A program made the translations under genes and the position numbers. Below, piece after piece: positions 49,356 to 62,600 of a stretch of 64,000 nucleotides of DNA. The notes below the pieces were generated by a model. That model did not search any database. It had not been told where the DNA came from and saw nothing but the letters and a program-made list of their open reading frames with translations. Numbering within the stretch: position 1 is the first letter of the stretch; every line of letters starts with the position of its first letter. Where the stretch lies: contig OZ360222.1 in the NCBI GenBank assembly GCA_977017645.1, forward strand, positions 134,974,001-135,038,000, in the 5' to 3' direction. The DNA comes from Torpedo marmorata (lineage: Eukaryota).

Positions 49356-49843
49356 ACTCCTTAATTGCACTTTTGAAGGCCTTAGTGATATTGATATATG
49401 GCTAAGTAATTTGTTTCAAGTTCTGATGAAAATCATCAACATGAAATGTTTATTTCATGCATCTCTCCAGAGGTGGTGCCTCAGTTGCTTTTTACAATCT
49501 TTTATATTTATATTACAAGATTTCCAGTGCTTGTTCCCTGTGCCACATGGGGGTAGAAATGTGCCACATGAGAGTAGAAATAAGAGATGTAACAAATAAG
49601 GGAAGAGGACAAATTAACGCATGGATAAAATGCTTGTATAGGAGGAATGGCTTCAGATACTTGGATCATCTGGATCACTTTTGAAGTACTGTATGTTGAA
49701 CCTAGTCAAGAATGATGGGTTGCGAGGTCACGTGATGCAGAGGAGTTAAGTAGACCTGGATTCTTGGGCTCTCCATACATCATCGATTTAAAACGTGATA
49801 AATACTGAATTTTCAGATTTAAAATAGATAAAAAGCAAGGAGA

Positions 49844-50749
49844 ATGGGAAAGAAAAGTAAATCTCAACCCTTGGCAGCAGGAGGATCTCCCAATTCGACA
49901 GATTCATCAAGTGAAACCCCACACGGGAGCAGAGACATGGAGCCCTCAGTAATGGTGCTGGAGAAAAGGAAGGCGAAGGGGGAGTTGGTGAATACGTCCC
50001 CGGATACAGTGCAGGTCATTGGGGACCTGACCAGAAGATTTGACAGGATGGAAACCTGGATTAAAGAGGTGCTGGACATGGTAAAAGAATTCAAGAGCTC
50101 GATGGGGGTTTTAACCTCACATGTGGAAAAGACAGAGGAAATATCAGAGAATATGCAAGAAAGGCTGGGGAGCCTGGAAAAAGACAATAATGGCTGGAGA
50201 AAAGAAAAACAAGAGATAATGGACAAAATAGATCACATGGAAAATTTTAGCAGAAGAAACAATGTGAGAATTATTGTACTAAAAGAAGGGGCAGAGGGAA
50301 GAGACACAGTGGAATTTTTTCAAAAATGGATCCCAGAGGTTCTGGGACAGAATCGATTTCAAAGGCCCCTGATGGTGGAGAGAGCCCAACGGACCCTCGG
50401 CCCCCGGAGGACACCAGACCAGAGACCACGACCGGTTTTGGTGCGACTGCTGAGCTGCCGGGATCGAGAGGAGATCCTCCGTGCAGCGGCAACATGCGCC
50501 AGGGAAACGGGCGGGCCTCTGGAGATCGGTAAAGATAAGATTTTCTTCTTCCAAGATCTAAGCGCAGCCCTAGTGCAACGTCTGAAGGAATTTGACGGCG
50601 TGATGAAACAGCTACGGGTAAGGAACATACCTTATGCGATGCTCTACCCCGCGACGTTGAGACTGGAGCCGTCGGAGGGCGGGAGAAGATTCTTCACCAC
50701 ACCAAGAGAGGCGGAGAACTTCTTCCGAAGTCTACAAGAGAGGCCTTAG
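49844..50749 (+). CDS. L1 ORF1p (coiled coil, RRM, CTD), 301 aa, open
   Basis: ENFSRRNNVRI, VERAQR, RPRPVLVRL, FFQDLS, YPATLR motifs. Confidence 0.88.
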   Translation: MGKKSKSQPLAAGGSPNSTDSSSETPHGSRDMEPSVMVLEKRKAKGELVNTSPDTVQVIGDLTRRFDRMETWIKEVLDMVKEFKSSMGVLTSHVEKTEEISENMQERLGSLEKDNNGWRKEKQEIMDKIDHMENFSRRNNVRIIVLKEGAEGRDTVEFFQKWIPEVLGQNRFQRPLMVERAQRTLGPRRTPDQRPRPVLVRLLSCRDREEILRAAATCARETGGPLEIGKDKIFFFQDLSAALVQRLKEFDGVMKQLRVRNIPYAMLYPATLRLEPSEGGRRFFTTPREAENFFRSLQERP

Positions 50750-53700
50750 GAGTGGAATGGGAGAAGAGAAAGGAGAAGAAACAAAGACTGAAGGGATCGC
50801 AGAGGATATAATGAGACGTTGGGTAAAAGAGATGGGGAGGTCCATATGGTGTAAAAGAAGGGGGAGGTTGGGTAATCGTATATTGAATTGCGGGGGTGTA
50901 TTTTCAATAGCTTTTATTATATGACAATGTTATAAAAATATAAGGAGTGCCCTAGAAGGGCTGCGAAGTTATGGTAGGATGGGCACGTAGTGTACTTCAA
51001 ATTAAGGGGGCTGATGGTGTCAGGAGAAAGGTTGTTTTAAAAAATGGCGCTGGAGAAAAGGGGACAGAGTTTATTTTTGCCTTGCAATTTTTTTTTGCGG
51101 GCTTTTGGGGTTTTCTGTTGACGTCACTGTCAGTGCAGGGGAAATACATATGTTACCTTATAAGGGAGAATGCACACCGGGGAAGAAATGAACTAAGGGG
51201 CTATGAAAATAACATAGTAATGTATGAATACTATAATGAATAAGACTATAAAATTTGTTAGTTTTAATGTTAATGGATTAAATGGACCCATAAAAAAGAA
51301 AAGAGTTTTGGCACCCCTTAAAAAAATGCAGGTGGTTATAGTCTTTTTGCAGGAAACTCACCTCACAAATAAAGAACATAACAAATTAAAGAGGGAATGG
51401 GTGGGACAGGTGTTTGCGTCCTCTTTCAATTCCAAGGCTGGGGGGTGGCTATTTTTAAAAATAAAAATGTTCCGGTGGGAGTGAAAGACACGACTATTGA
51501 CTAGGCTGGGAGATTTGTGATGATACATTGTCAAATTTACTCGGAACCCTGGACACTTCTGAACCTTTATGCTCCAAATTTTGATGATGAGGCTTTTATG
51601 CAAAATATATTTCTGAAGGTGGCAGGGGGGAGACAGAATGTGTTAATGGGAGGGGATTTTAACTTTTCCCTGGATCCCATTGTGGATAAGTCTGCAAAGA
51701 TGGTAACAAAGGCCAGGGCGACTAAAACCACTCTGGCCTTTATGAAATATCTAAATTTAATAGATGCATGGAGACAGTTACACCCATAAGCCAGAGATTA
51801 CTCCTTTTACTCTAAACCCCATGATTCCTATACTAGAATTGACTATTTTTTAATGTCGGCACAGCTGGAAGGCAGAGTGATCGAATCGGAATATCTAGCC
51901 AGACTATTATCAGATCATGCACCTTTGATCCTACCTATTGTTATGCCAGAAAAACAGGCTAATGTATACAGATGGTGCCTTAATTCTACACTGTTGAAAC
52001 GGACAGATTTTTGTGACTTTATAAGGTGTCAGATAAATTTGTTTTGTGAAACAAATTGCCCCTCCACTAATAACAGCTTTTTAATATGGGATTCTTTAAA
52101 GGCTTATTTGAGGGGGCAAATAATTTCGTACACTAAAAACGTGAAGAAAAAACTTCTGGCGGAAGTAAATGAATTAGAACGAGAAATTCTAGAGTTGGAA
52201 AAGGAATATCAACAGTCCGGCTCAAAGGAAAAATATCAAATTCTGGTAAATAAGAAGCTTAAGTACAACATTCTACAAACATATCAAATGGAGAAAACCA
52301 TTTTGAGATATAGGCAAAAATATTATGAATTAGGCGAGAGGGCCCATAAGGTCTTGTCTTGGCAATTAAAGGCGGAAGAGATATCGAGGACAATTAATGC
52401 GATTCAGTTGGGACCAGACAAGATAACACACAACCCAAAAGAGATAAATGATACATTCAAGCAATTCTATACTGAGCTGTATAAATCAGAGTCACCTAAA
52501 GATTCAACTAAAATAGATGAATTTTTGTCCAAGATTGATTAGCCTAGATTGGATCAAGACGATCAGAAAAAATTAGATTCCCCTTTTTCTAGAGAAGAGA
52601 TTGAAAAAGACTTGAGTACATTACAAGCTAATAAATCACCGGGGGAGGACGGTTTCCTGCCTGAGTTTTACAGAGGATTTAAAGAACTTTTGATGCCTCT
52701 TATTATGGATGTGATTAATCAGGCAGCAGAGACACGGACCCTCCCGGAGTCCTTTTCAACAGCTATTATTATGGTTATACCAAAAAAAGATAGAGATCCA
52801 CTAAAACCGTCTTCATATAGACCTATCTCACTGCTAAATGTGGATTATAAGATAATAGCTAAGGCATTAGCTAATAGATTAAGTGATTATCTACCAAAAT
52901 TGTTAAAGTCGGATCAAGTCGGCTTCGTGAAGAGGAGACACTCTGCCAATAACCTGGGTAGATTATTTAGTATTATACATTTGGCACAATCCAAGATAGA
53001 CCCGAGCATAGCTGTGTCTTTAGATGCGGAAAAGGCTTTTGATAGGCTGGAGTGGCCTTTTTTATTTAAAGTACTTGAAAAGTTTGGACTGGGACAATCA
53101 TTCGTTCAATGGGTAAAAACATTACCATAACCCTCGGGCTAAAATTATAACGAATGGGCAGATGTTGTCGACATTCTCATTGAATAGATCTAGTTGGCAG
53201 GGTTGTCCACTGTCTCCAGGACTCTTTGTATTAGCGATTGAACCGTTGGCGGAGGCTGTCAGGAGGGATCCAGAGATAAAAGGATTCAAGGTGGACCAGA
53301 CGGACCACAAGATTAACTTGTTTGCAGACGATGTATTGTTATATCTAACAGACCCGACTGACTCTTTAGCCAAATTACAGACTACACTGGCATGATTTCA
53401 GGATATAAAATAAATTTAGATAAAAGTGAAATCATGCCACTGATGAAATTTGACTATAAAAAGCATCAACAAGGGAGTTGCTTTAAATGGCAACCGGAAG
53501 GCATTAAGTATTTAGGGATAAGGACGGATAATAATTTGCAGAATTTATATAAACTCAACTACCTTCCGATGCTTGGAAAGATTGAGGACGATTTACTTAG
53601 ATGGAGAAGCCTACCTATCACATTACTGGGCAGGGTTAACTGTATCAAAATGATGGTGATGCCGAAACTGCAATACATTTTTCAATCTTTACCTATCCCT

Positions 53701-54590
53701 TTGCCAAAAACTTTTTTCAAAACACTTCATGGATATGTAAGACAGTTGATTTGGAATGGCAAGGTCTCCAGAGTCTCCATGGAAATGCTGACGTGGGATT
53801 ATAAATTGGGGGCCTTGCGACTACCAGATTTTAAGAAGTATTATTTAGCAGCCCAGTCGAGGTTTCTTTTGTCCTTTTTTGAAGAGGGTGATACACCTTC
53901 ATGGGTTCAAATTGGACTGGATACTATAGGGGAGAAAATAGCTAAGGCCTTTATTTACAAATGGAACACCAAGTTAATATCCAAAAGAACGAACAACCCT
54001 ATTCTGAAACATCTGATTAAAATTAGGCAAGAAATCAATGAGTGTGTTGGGGGAAAAATTGGAATATCCCCCAAGATACCTCTATTTCAAAATGAGCTTA
54101 AACCCATGATTTTGGGTAATAAAATATGGAGCGTTTGGTATCAGAAGGGTGTTCAATATATTGAAGATTGCTACGACAAGGGACAGCTTATGTCCTTTGA
54201 ACAACTCAAAAATAAATATGATTTGTCTAATAGAACCTTTCATTTTTTTTTTCCAATTAAGATCCTTTTGCGAGAAAGGTGGGGTCCTGCAATGACCCTG
54301 CCTATAAGCAATGAGGTAGAACAGTTACTTCGACTGGGAAATGCATTTAAAATTATATCCAGAATGTATTTTGTACTCCAAAGTGAAAGCCCTAAGCCGG
54401 GTATACATAGATCGAGGGAGAGGTGGGAGTCAGACTTGGGTACAACAATTCATGAGCGTTGCTGGTCAGATTGGTGTAGGAACAGTATGACGATGATTAT
54501 TAATGCTAGATATAGATTGGTTCAATATAATTTCTTGCACCAACTATATCTCACACCGCAAAAGTTACACAGGTCAAAATCCGAAATATC

Positions 54591-55418
54591 AAGATTCAAG
54601 ATTCAATTTATTGTCACAGCAATAAGACAGTGTCATATACCACAAAATTTCTTTTTGTCTGCTGCAAGGCAGACAGATTCGCCATCGGCAGAAATTGCCT
54701 AAGCGCTTCTAACATTTCTTACAGTCAGAGAAAGAGAAGCAAAAGAGAGTCCCCCCAGAATCACTGAGTGTCCATAGATTCGCCTCCAGCGCTTCCGCAG
54801 CCACACAGAGTCCAGTTCAAACGATCGGCATCCCGAGCTCCAGATCCAAACCTCCAACACGGTCAGGTCGCCCTCGGCACCCCCTCACATCCCGGTTCCA
54901 ATATCTGGTACTCCTCCAGCCAGTTCGAGCCAACCTCCAGCAGTCCGCAGCCCGTCGTGAGTCCCCCGACAGCAGTCTCCAGCAGCCCACAGCCTCCGTG
55001 GGTTCCTCGCCTCGAGTCGCCAGCAGCCCGCCGCATGCACTGGTCCATCAGCCTCAGAGCCCCTCACCGGTCCGCCGCTGTGCTCACCGTCCCGTGGGTC
55101 ATCTCCTCCACTTCTCCTTCTCAGACGAGGGTGATCTTCCCATCCACTGGTGCCCTGTTCCAGTCCCCCGCTTCCCCGGAGTCTGCAGCCCCTCGTGGCT
55201 GCTGCCGATCAGATGCACTGCCATCTTGGGCGCAGACCCCGCGGTCGCGGGATCTCAAATAAAACCACCGTCGGCTCCTTTAACGGGCCGTTCAAAGCCC
55301 GTGCGGAACCGACGGCAGTCGACTGGGCGGCTGGACCCCGCGGGAGCGCTGTATCTATGCTCCCACGCTCCTCGCGGGTCCGCACCAGCGGCAGCACTGC
55401 CGCTACCGCTACAGCGCC
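54591..55418 (-). mobile_element. GC-rich non-autonomous retroposon with Rex1-type tail, inserted in L1 ORF2
   Basis: Minus strand ends GACAATAAA(TTGAATC)n; 5-bp duplication ATATC; L1 reads SKSEIS|ELCFRC across the insertion. Confidence 0.75.
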
Positions 55419-56328
55419 ATATCGGAACTGTGTTTCAGATGTGGTGAGGAGGTTGGAACTTTCCTGCACTCCACTTGGTCATGTGCAAAGGTACGACCCT
55501 TTTGGTATGATATATCTAATATACTAACCAGAATTACGCAGGAGGCCTTTCCACTGGACCCGGAGTTGCATCTCCTAGGAAATTTAATGGACATAAGCTA
55601 CAAATTATCTAAATTCCAAATTCAATTTGTGTTGGTTGCTTTGTCCGTAGCAAAAAAATACATAGCAGTCACTTGGAAGTCCGACTCCCCCCTTCAAATC
55701 ACTCGGTGGTCAACAGAAATGCGCAGCTGTATTCCTATGGAGAAAATTACATATAACCTCAGGAATAGACATGATACATTTGTAAAGGTGTGGCAACCAT
55801 ACCTGGAGTATATTGGGGTCCAATTGTAATCTAAACCCTGAAGTATAAGATAATATAATATAGAAACATTTAATGGTGTGGCATCTCCAGAAAGATTGAA
55901 ATATTAATGTAAGCACTGACGGTACGTTCAGTTTTTCATTTTCTTTCTTTTCTTTTGTACGTTTTATTTTCTTTTTCAGTTGGGGGGGAGGGAGGGAAAG
56001 TTCAATGATAATGTTGTATATAGTTGTGAATCGTATATTTCCTGTTTATATCCTGAACTTTGAAAAAGAAAAAAGAAAATATTCAACAAAAAAAAAGAAG
56101 GATGGTTGCATCTAAACTGGAGGGGGATCAATATCCTTGCAGGGAGGTTTGCTCACGCTACTCGAGAGGGTTGAAACTAATTTGGCAGGGGGTTAGAAAG
56201 CATAATATTGGGACAGCAGGTGGGTAGAAAAATGTGGAGATAAATTAAGCAAGTCCATTGGGCAGAGCAGACAGAGGCAAGTTAAGGAACATGGGAAGGC
56301 TATCAGGCTCAACTGCACTTACTATAAT

Positions 56329-57715
56329 GTCAAGTCAAGTTTATTGTCATCTGATAGTACAAATACAACCCGACAAAACACCGTTCTCCGGTCCTCGGTG
56401 CAAAACACGCAGACACACAACCAGACATAACACACATACAAACAATACATTATGCAGGACAAGTATTCATATATACAAATAAATAAATATTGTTTCATGA
56501 ATATGAGAATCTCGGATGGTTAATGTGAGCAGTTCCTTTGGTCATTCAGCATTCTCACTGCATGTGGGAAGAAGCTGTTCCTCAGCCTGGTGGTGCTGGC
56601 TCTGATACTCCTGTATCTCTTTCCCGACGGGAGCAGCTGAAAGATGCTGTGTGCAGGGTGGAAGGGATCCTCAATGATTTTGCGCGTCCTCTTCAGACAA
56701 CGATCCTGGTAGATCATGTCAATGGGTGGGGGGGTGGGGGGGGGGGGAAAGGAGACACCATTGATCCTCTCTGCCACTCTTATGTTCCTGTGGATTGACC
56801 TCCGATTCATTTCTCTGCAGCAACCGTACCACACTGTGATGCAACTGGCCAGGACGCTTTCAATAGAGCTCCTATAGAAGGTTGACATAATGGTGGCCAG
56901 TAGCCTTGCCCACTTCAGTCTTCTCAGGAAGTGCAGTCGCTGTTGCACCTTCCTGACAAGTGAGGAGATGTTGAGTGTCCATGATAGGTCACTAGTTAAA
57001 TGAACTCCAAGGAACTTGGTGCTTTCCACTGTCTCTACAACAGAGTTGTTGATGTGTAGTGGAGGCTGGTCATTCCTGGTCCTCCTGAAGTCCACGATCA
57101 TCTCCTTCATCTTGTCCACGTTGAGACTCAGGTTGTTACTCTTGCACCATATCACGAGATTTTCCACATCTTCTCTGTAATGTGACTCATAGTTGTTGCT
57201 GATGAGGCCAACTACTGTTGTGTCATCTGCAAACTTGATGACACTGTTAGAGCTGGATCTGGCCATGCAGTCGTGGGTCAGTAGTGTGAACTGGAGTGGG
57301 CTGATCACACAGCCCTGAGGTGTGCCAGTGCTCAGCTTGCTGTTCTGCTACCGAACTGGACAGACTGTGGTCTTTCTGTTAGGAAGTCCAGAATCCAGTT
57401 ACAGAGAGGGGTGTTGAGTCCCAGCGAGGACAGCTTCTCCACCAGCCTCTGGGGAATGATCGTATTAATCACTGAGCTGAAGTCAATGAACAGCAGCCTA
57501 GCGTATGAGGCATCATTCTCCAGGTGGGTCAGGTCAAGGCTATAGCATTGTCTGTGGGATGGTTTCTTCTATAGGTGAATTGAAATGGGTTCACCGTCTC
57601 TGGGAGATGTGCTTTGATGCGTTCCATCACCAGACGCTCGAAGCATTTCATAATGGTGGAGGTCAGTGCCACAGGGCGGTAGTCATTGAAGCCTGTTACT
57701 GATGACCTCTTGGGT
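56329..57715 (-). mobile_element. Rex1/Babar LINE 3' half
   Basis: PQGCVISPL..LLTHDC..KFADDTTVVGLI..QRLHFLRRL; (TTGAC)n tail. Confidence 0.88.
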
Positions 57716-58810
57716 AATGCAAGAGCATCACAGGTAAGTCAAATTATCTTAGAGCATGGATCAGCACTTGAAATAATTATCTTATTGCAATCACAAAAAT
57801 GTGGTTGATGGAAGAGCATGCCTGGCAGTTTAGTGTTCTGGGGTATAGAAGTTTCAGACATGCAAAAGAAGAGGAAGAATCACACTGCTGATTAGGGAGA
57901 ACATAACTGCAGTACATGGGATATCCTGGAGGGATCATCCAACAAACCTGTAAAAGTAGAGTTTAGGAATGATCACTTTGTTGGCATTCTACTATAGACC
58001 TCCCAATAGTCAGCAGGAATTACAGGAGCAGATACGTAAGCAAATTGTAGTAAGATATAAAAGCAATAGGGTTAAAGTAGTGGGAGATTTTAACATTCCA
58101 TAATTGTGGAATTGTCAGTGAAGAAGCATTTTGGCAATAGTGATAATAATTCTGTCAGTTTCAAGGTAGTTATGGCAATGGATAAGTCCTCAAGTTAAGG
58201 TCTTCATAGGTTGGACAATGGAATGTAAAAGTAGGAATGTTACCTTGCAACTTTGCAATTCACTTGTTTAGACCATTGGAGTGCTGTGTGCAGTTCTGGT
58301 TGCCACACTGCAGAAAGTATGTAGTTGCACTGTAGAGAGTTCAGAGGAGATACTCCAGGATGCTGCCTGGATTGGAGGACTATAGTCATGGGGAGAGATT
58401 GAATAGGTTGGGTTTGTTTCCCCTGGAGCGAAGGAGACTGAAGGGTGATCTGACAGAGGTATATAAAATCATAAGAGACATAGAAAAGGTAGTAAGTCAG
58501 AGTCTTTTTCTCATGGAAGGGGTATCAAAAATAAAAGGACATTGATTTAACAAGTCAGGAAGACATCTTAAAGAGGTTTTGAAGGGAAAGTGGTTAATAT
58601 CTGGAACTTGCTGCCAGAGGCAAGGTTGTGTCAGATACAATCACTCCACTTAAGACATTTAGACAGGCAATTAAATAGGCACAGCATAGAAGGATACGGA
58701 CATAGTGCAGACAAATGAGACGAGTGTAAATGAGAAAAAAGATAATCGTGGACGGTGGGCTGAAGAACCTGTTTCTGTACTGTACAACACAATGACTGTA
58801 TACTCTTTGT
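57716..58810 (+). mobile_element. Degraded, deleted CR1-like ORF2
   Basis: NARSI, YYRPPNS-like, VGDFN, CCVQFW, RLKGDLTEVYKI remnants. Confidence 0.7.
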
Positions 58811-58864
58811 CCTTATCATCTTTCAAGTTTTGATTGAGGAATAAATTTATTTTTTTTTAAATTT

Positions 58865-59043
58865 TAGAGATTACAAGCCCGCACTGCCCAAATACATCAA
58901 TTAACCTACCAACCCGGTACGTTTTTGGAGGGTGGGAGGAGAACCCAGAGAAAACCCATGCGGTGACAGGGAGCACGTACAAACTCCTTACAGACAGCGC
59001 CGGATTCAAACCCAGGTCGCTGATGCTGTAACCATGCTGCCCC
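58865..59043 (-). mobile_element. V-SINE
   Basis: GTACAAACTCCTTACAGACAGCGCCGGATTCAAACCC (V-domain and B box, reverse complement). Confidence 0.78.
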
Positions 59044-59683
59044 AATGTAGGCTATAAAGATGCCAACATAAAGGACAGGTTATGGGCAGGGCTTGTTGTG
59101 AGTGAACTTAAGATCTATTTGTCATTATCGCCAAAAGTGTTCAAACTCGTGTGCCATCACTATTGTCATCACAGACAACATGGGCTGGATTTAAAGTAAA
59201 AAATGCTCTGCTGCATTGCACTCTGATCCTAAAAGGGAACTTTATCCTTAATTCAACAGAGCATCAGTGAGCTGGAGGAACTCAGAGGGTCGAGCAGCAT
59301 CAGTGCCAACATTTCGAGCTGAAACCCATTATCAAGACTGGTTAAATGTAGTAGAGAAGCCAGTCCTCTTTGCATTCAACCAATCTCGATAAAGGTTTTC
59401 GGTTCGCAAAGTTGACCATTCTTTATCTCCCTCTGCCTCTTCACGTACTGAGTTCCTCCAGCAGATTATGTTTAGCTTCAGATTCCAGCATCTGTAGTCT
59501 CTTGTGTGTGTCTCTCTCGAGTCAGTGTGATGTTGTTTCTGTTTTCTACCTGGGCTTACTGTACAACCCCAAATAATGCTGAAAAAAAAATCTTTGTCCA
59601 AAATAAACTGAGAACTGAAAGCCACATTAATATAAATTAAGAATTATGATTTTAAAATGCAGCAATGCCCTTCCTTCCAACTT

Positions 59684-62600
59684 CTTTTTTTTTGTGAATA
59701 TTTTATTTAAAATTTTAAATCACAAAATACATTGTATAAATCGCAAAATTATCAAAATACATGTGATATATTTTCTCCCTCCCAACCACCCTCCCCACCC
59801 TAACCCCCCCACCCAAACTAATCTATAAAATAAAATAAAATAAAGTAAAGAAAAGAAAAAAGATAAACTAAGGAGAATGTCAATCTACAATAAGAATAAC
59901 TATAAACTAAAATTTTTGTGGAAATTAGGTTCACCAGCCTGATCCAATGTTCAGAGATCTTCAAATTTTTATTTTTAAGTCAACCGCTTTTATATATGGG
60001 CTCCATATTTTCGAAAATAAATGATATTTATTACGTAAATTATAAGTAATTTTTTCAAGTGGTATACAAGAACGAAGTTCTGCATGCCACCTTTCTAAAC
60101 CTAAATCTACATCAGATTTCCAAGTGATAGCAATACATTTCTTAGCAACAGCTAAAGCAATTCTCAAAAACTCAATTTGATACATATTTAAATTCATCAT
60201 AATACTAATTCTTTTAATATCTCCAAATAAAAATATCATCGGATCCATTGGGAGTATATTTCTTAATACTTTATCTAAAAATTCCTTAACCTTAAACCAA
60301 AAATCCTGAATCTTTGGACAAAACCAAGTAGAATGTACAAAAGAACCTTCTTCCCCATTACATCTAAAACACATATCTGATAACGCTGGATTAAACTTCT
60401 TTAATTTTTTAGGTGTTAAATATAATTGATGAAAAAAATTATATTGCACTAATCTATATCTGACATTAATAATTTTAGTCATACTTAACTTACATAATTC
60501 TTTCCAATGTTTTTCTTCTATAGTTACATTCAAATCTGATTCCCATTTTAATCTTGATTTATGAATTGCTACCTTAGGCATTTTCCTCTGTAATAATTTA
60601 TACATTTGAGAAATAAATTTATTTACACCTCCATTTGTAACTAATAATTCAAATTCACTTTGTCGAGGTAAAACCAAATTATGACCCAGTTTTTCAACTA
60701 AAAAAGCTTTAATTTGAAAATAGGCAAAATATGTATTATTTAATATATTAAATTTATCTTTCATTCTTTGAAAAGTAATAAATTTACCAGCTTCAAAACA
60801 ATCATTTACATTCTTAATTCCCTTTTGAAACCAAATTTTAAATAACTGATTATTAAAAGCAAATGGAATAAGTCTATTTTGATATAAAGGCATATTTGGC
60901 GAAATTAAACCTTTCGCTCCTATCTCTTTATCCAATCTATTCCATATTTCTAATAAATGTTTAAAAATAGGAGAATTTTTACCACTTATCAATATTAATT
61001 TAGAATTCCATTTATAAATAACTTCTTCCTTCAAATCCTCTCCTATATTATTTAATTCTATTCGGATCCACGCCGAATCTTTTGTTAAATCCAACAATTC
61101 ATTAATAAACCATAATTGAGCTGCTTTATAGTAATTTTGGAAATTAGGCAGTTGTAATCCACCCAATTCATAATTCCAAGTTAATTTTCCCATAGCTACT
61201 CTAGCCAATTTACCTTTCCACAAAAACTTCCTAATAATAAAATTTAAATCTTTAAAAAATTTTTGAGGAATTTCATATGGAATTGATTGAAAAAGATATT
61301 GAATCCTTGGAAAGATATTCATTTTAATACAATTTACCCTTCCTAACAAAGTTATAGGTAAATCCTTCCAACTTTCCAAATCTTTTTTAATTTTCGCAAA
61401 TAATGGTAAATAATTTAATTTATACAAATTGGTTAATTTAGTATCTATCTTTATACCTAAATATTTAATTCCTTCATTTGACCATTTAAATTGTGTAATT
61501 TCTTTACATTTATTATAATCGCCTTGTGTTAATGCCATAATTTCACTTTTATCAGAATTAATTTTATAACCAGAAATCTCCCCATATTCCCTCAATATAA
61601 CATCCAAATGTATTAAAGAAGTAATAGGTTTTGTCATATATATCAATACATCATCTGCAAATAGATTAATCTTATGTTCTTCATTTCCAACTTTAATACC
61701 CGCAATCTTAATATCTTGTCTAATTAATTCCGCCAAAGGTTCAATTGCTAAAACAAATAATGCGGGTGATAACGGACATCCTTGTCATGTCGACCTAGTC
61801 AACAAAAACTTTGAAGAAATTTGTCCATTTGTAACCACCCTAGCAGAAGGTTCCTTATATATAGTTTTAATCCAATTAATAAATGTAAATCCAAAACCAA
61901 ATTTTTCCAATACTTTAAATAAATAATTCCACTCTAATCTGTCAAACGCCTTTTCAGCATCTAGTGTTAATACTAATGATAATTCCTCTTTCTTTTGTGC
62001 CACACTAATTAAACTAATTAACCTAGCTATATTATCTTTTGAATATCTATTCTTAATAAAACCTGCTTGATCTTCATGAATTAAATCTGGTAAATATTTA
62101 GCAAGTCTATTTGCTAATATTTTCGCCATTATCTTATAGTCCACATTTAACAACGAAATTGGTCTATATGATTCTGTTTTCAACGGATCTCTATCTTTTT
62201 TTGGTATAACTGTTATTATTGCATTAGAAAATGTTTCCGGTAAAGAATGAGTTTCCGTTATTTGTTTTAATACCTCCATATATGGGGGTATCAATAGATC
62301 TTTAAATTCCTTATAAAATTCTGGTGGGAAACCATCCTCACCTGGAGATTTCCCATTTGCTAAAGAACTAAGAACCTCATTAACTTCTCTCATCGTAAAT
62401 ATTGAATCTAAAAATTCCTTACTTCGAGTATTCAATCTAGGCAATTTAATCTTAGATAAAAAGGCATTCACTTTAAAATCATCTTTATCAGTTTGAGATT
62501 TATATAAATTTAAATAAAATTCCCTAAAAGAATCATTTATTTCCCGAGGTTTAAACGTTATTTTCTTTGAATTCTTTTTTACAGCATTTATAGTTCTAGA

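Larger units (their letters stand above)
49724..56094 (+). mobile_element. Full-length but inactivated L1-clade LINE inserted into a CR1 ORF1 (esterase-like) remnant
   Basis: 5' UTR, open ORF1, ORF2 (SFNVNGLN..LQETH..GGDFN..FADD) with several stops/frameshifts, poly(A); imperfect TSD AAGAATGATGGGTTGC / AAGAAGGATGGTTGC; right flank reads HLNWRGINILAGRFA. Confidence 0.9.

Noticed and set aside
54768-55527. Cluster of overlapping Pro/Ser/Arg-rich ORFs
   Set aside because: Expected from GC-rich non-coding retroposon sequence; no homology recognised
61779-61787. Programmed read-through at TGA-CAA in L1 ORF2
   Set aside because: The sister copy has AGA here and the context lacks the full CARYYA motif; a simple nonsense mutation is more likely
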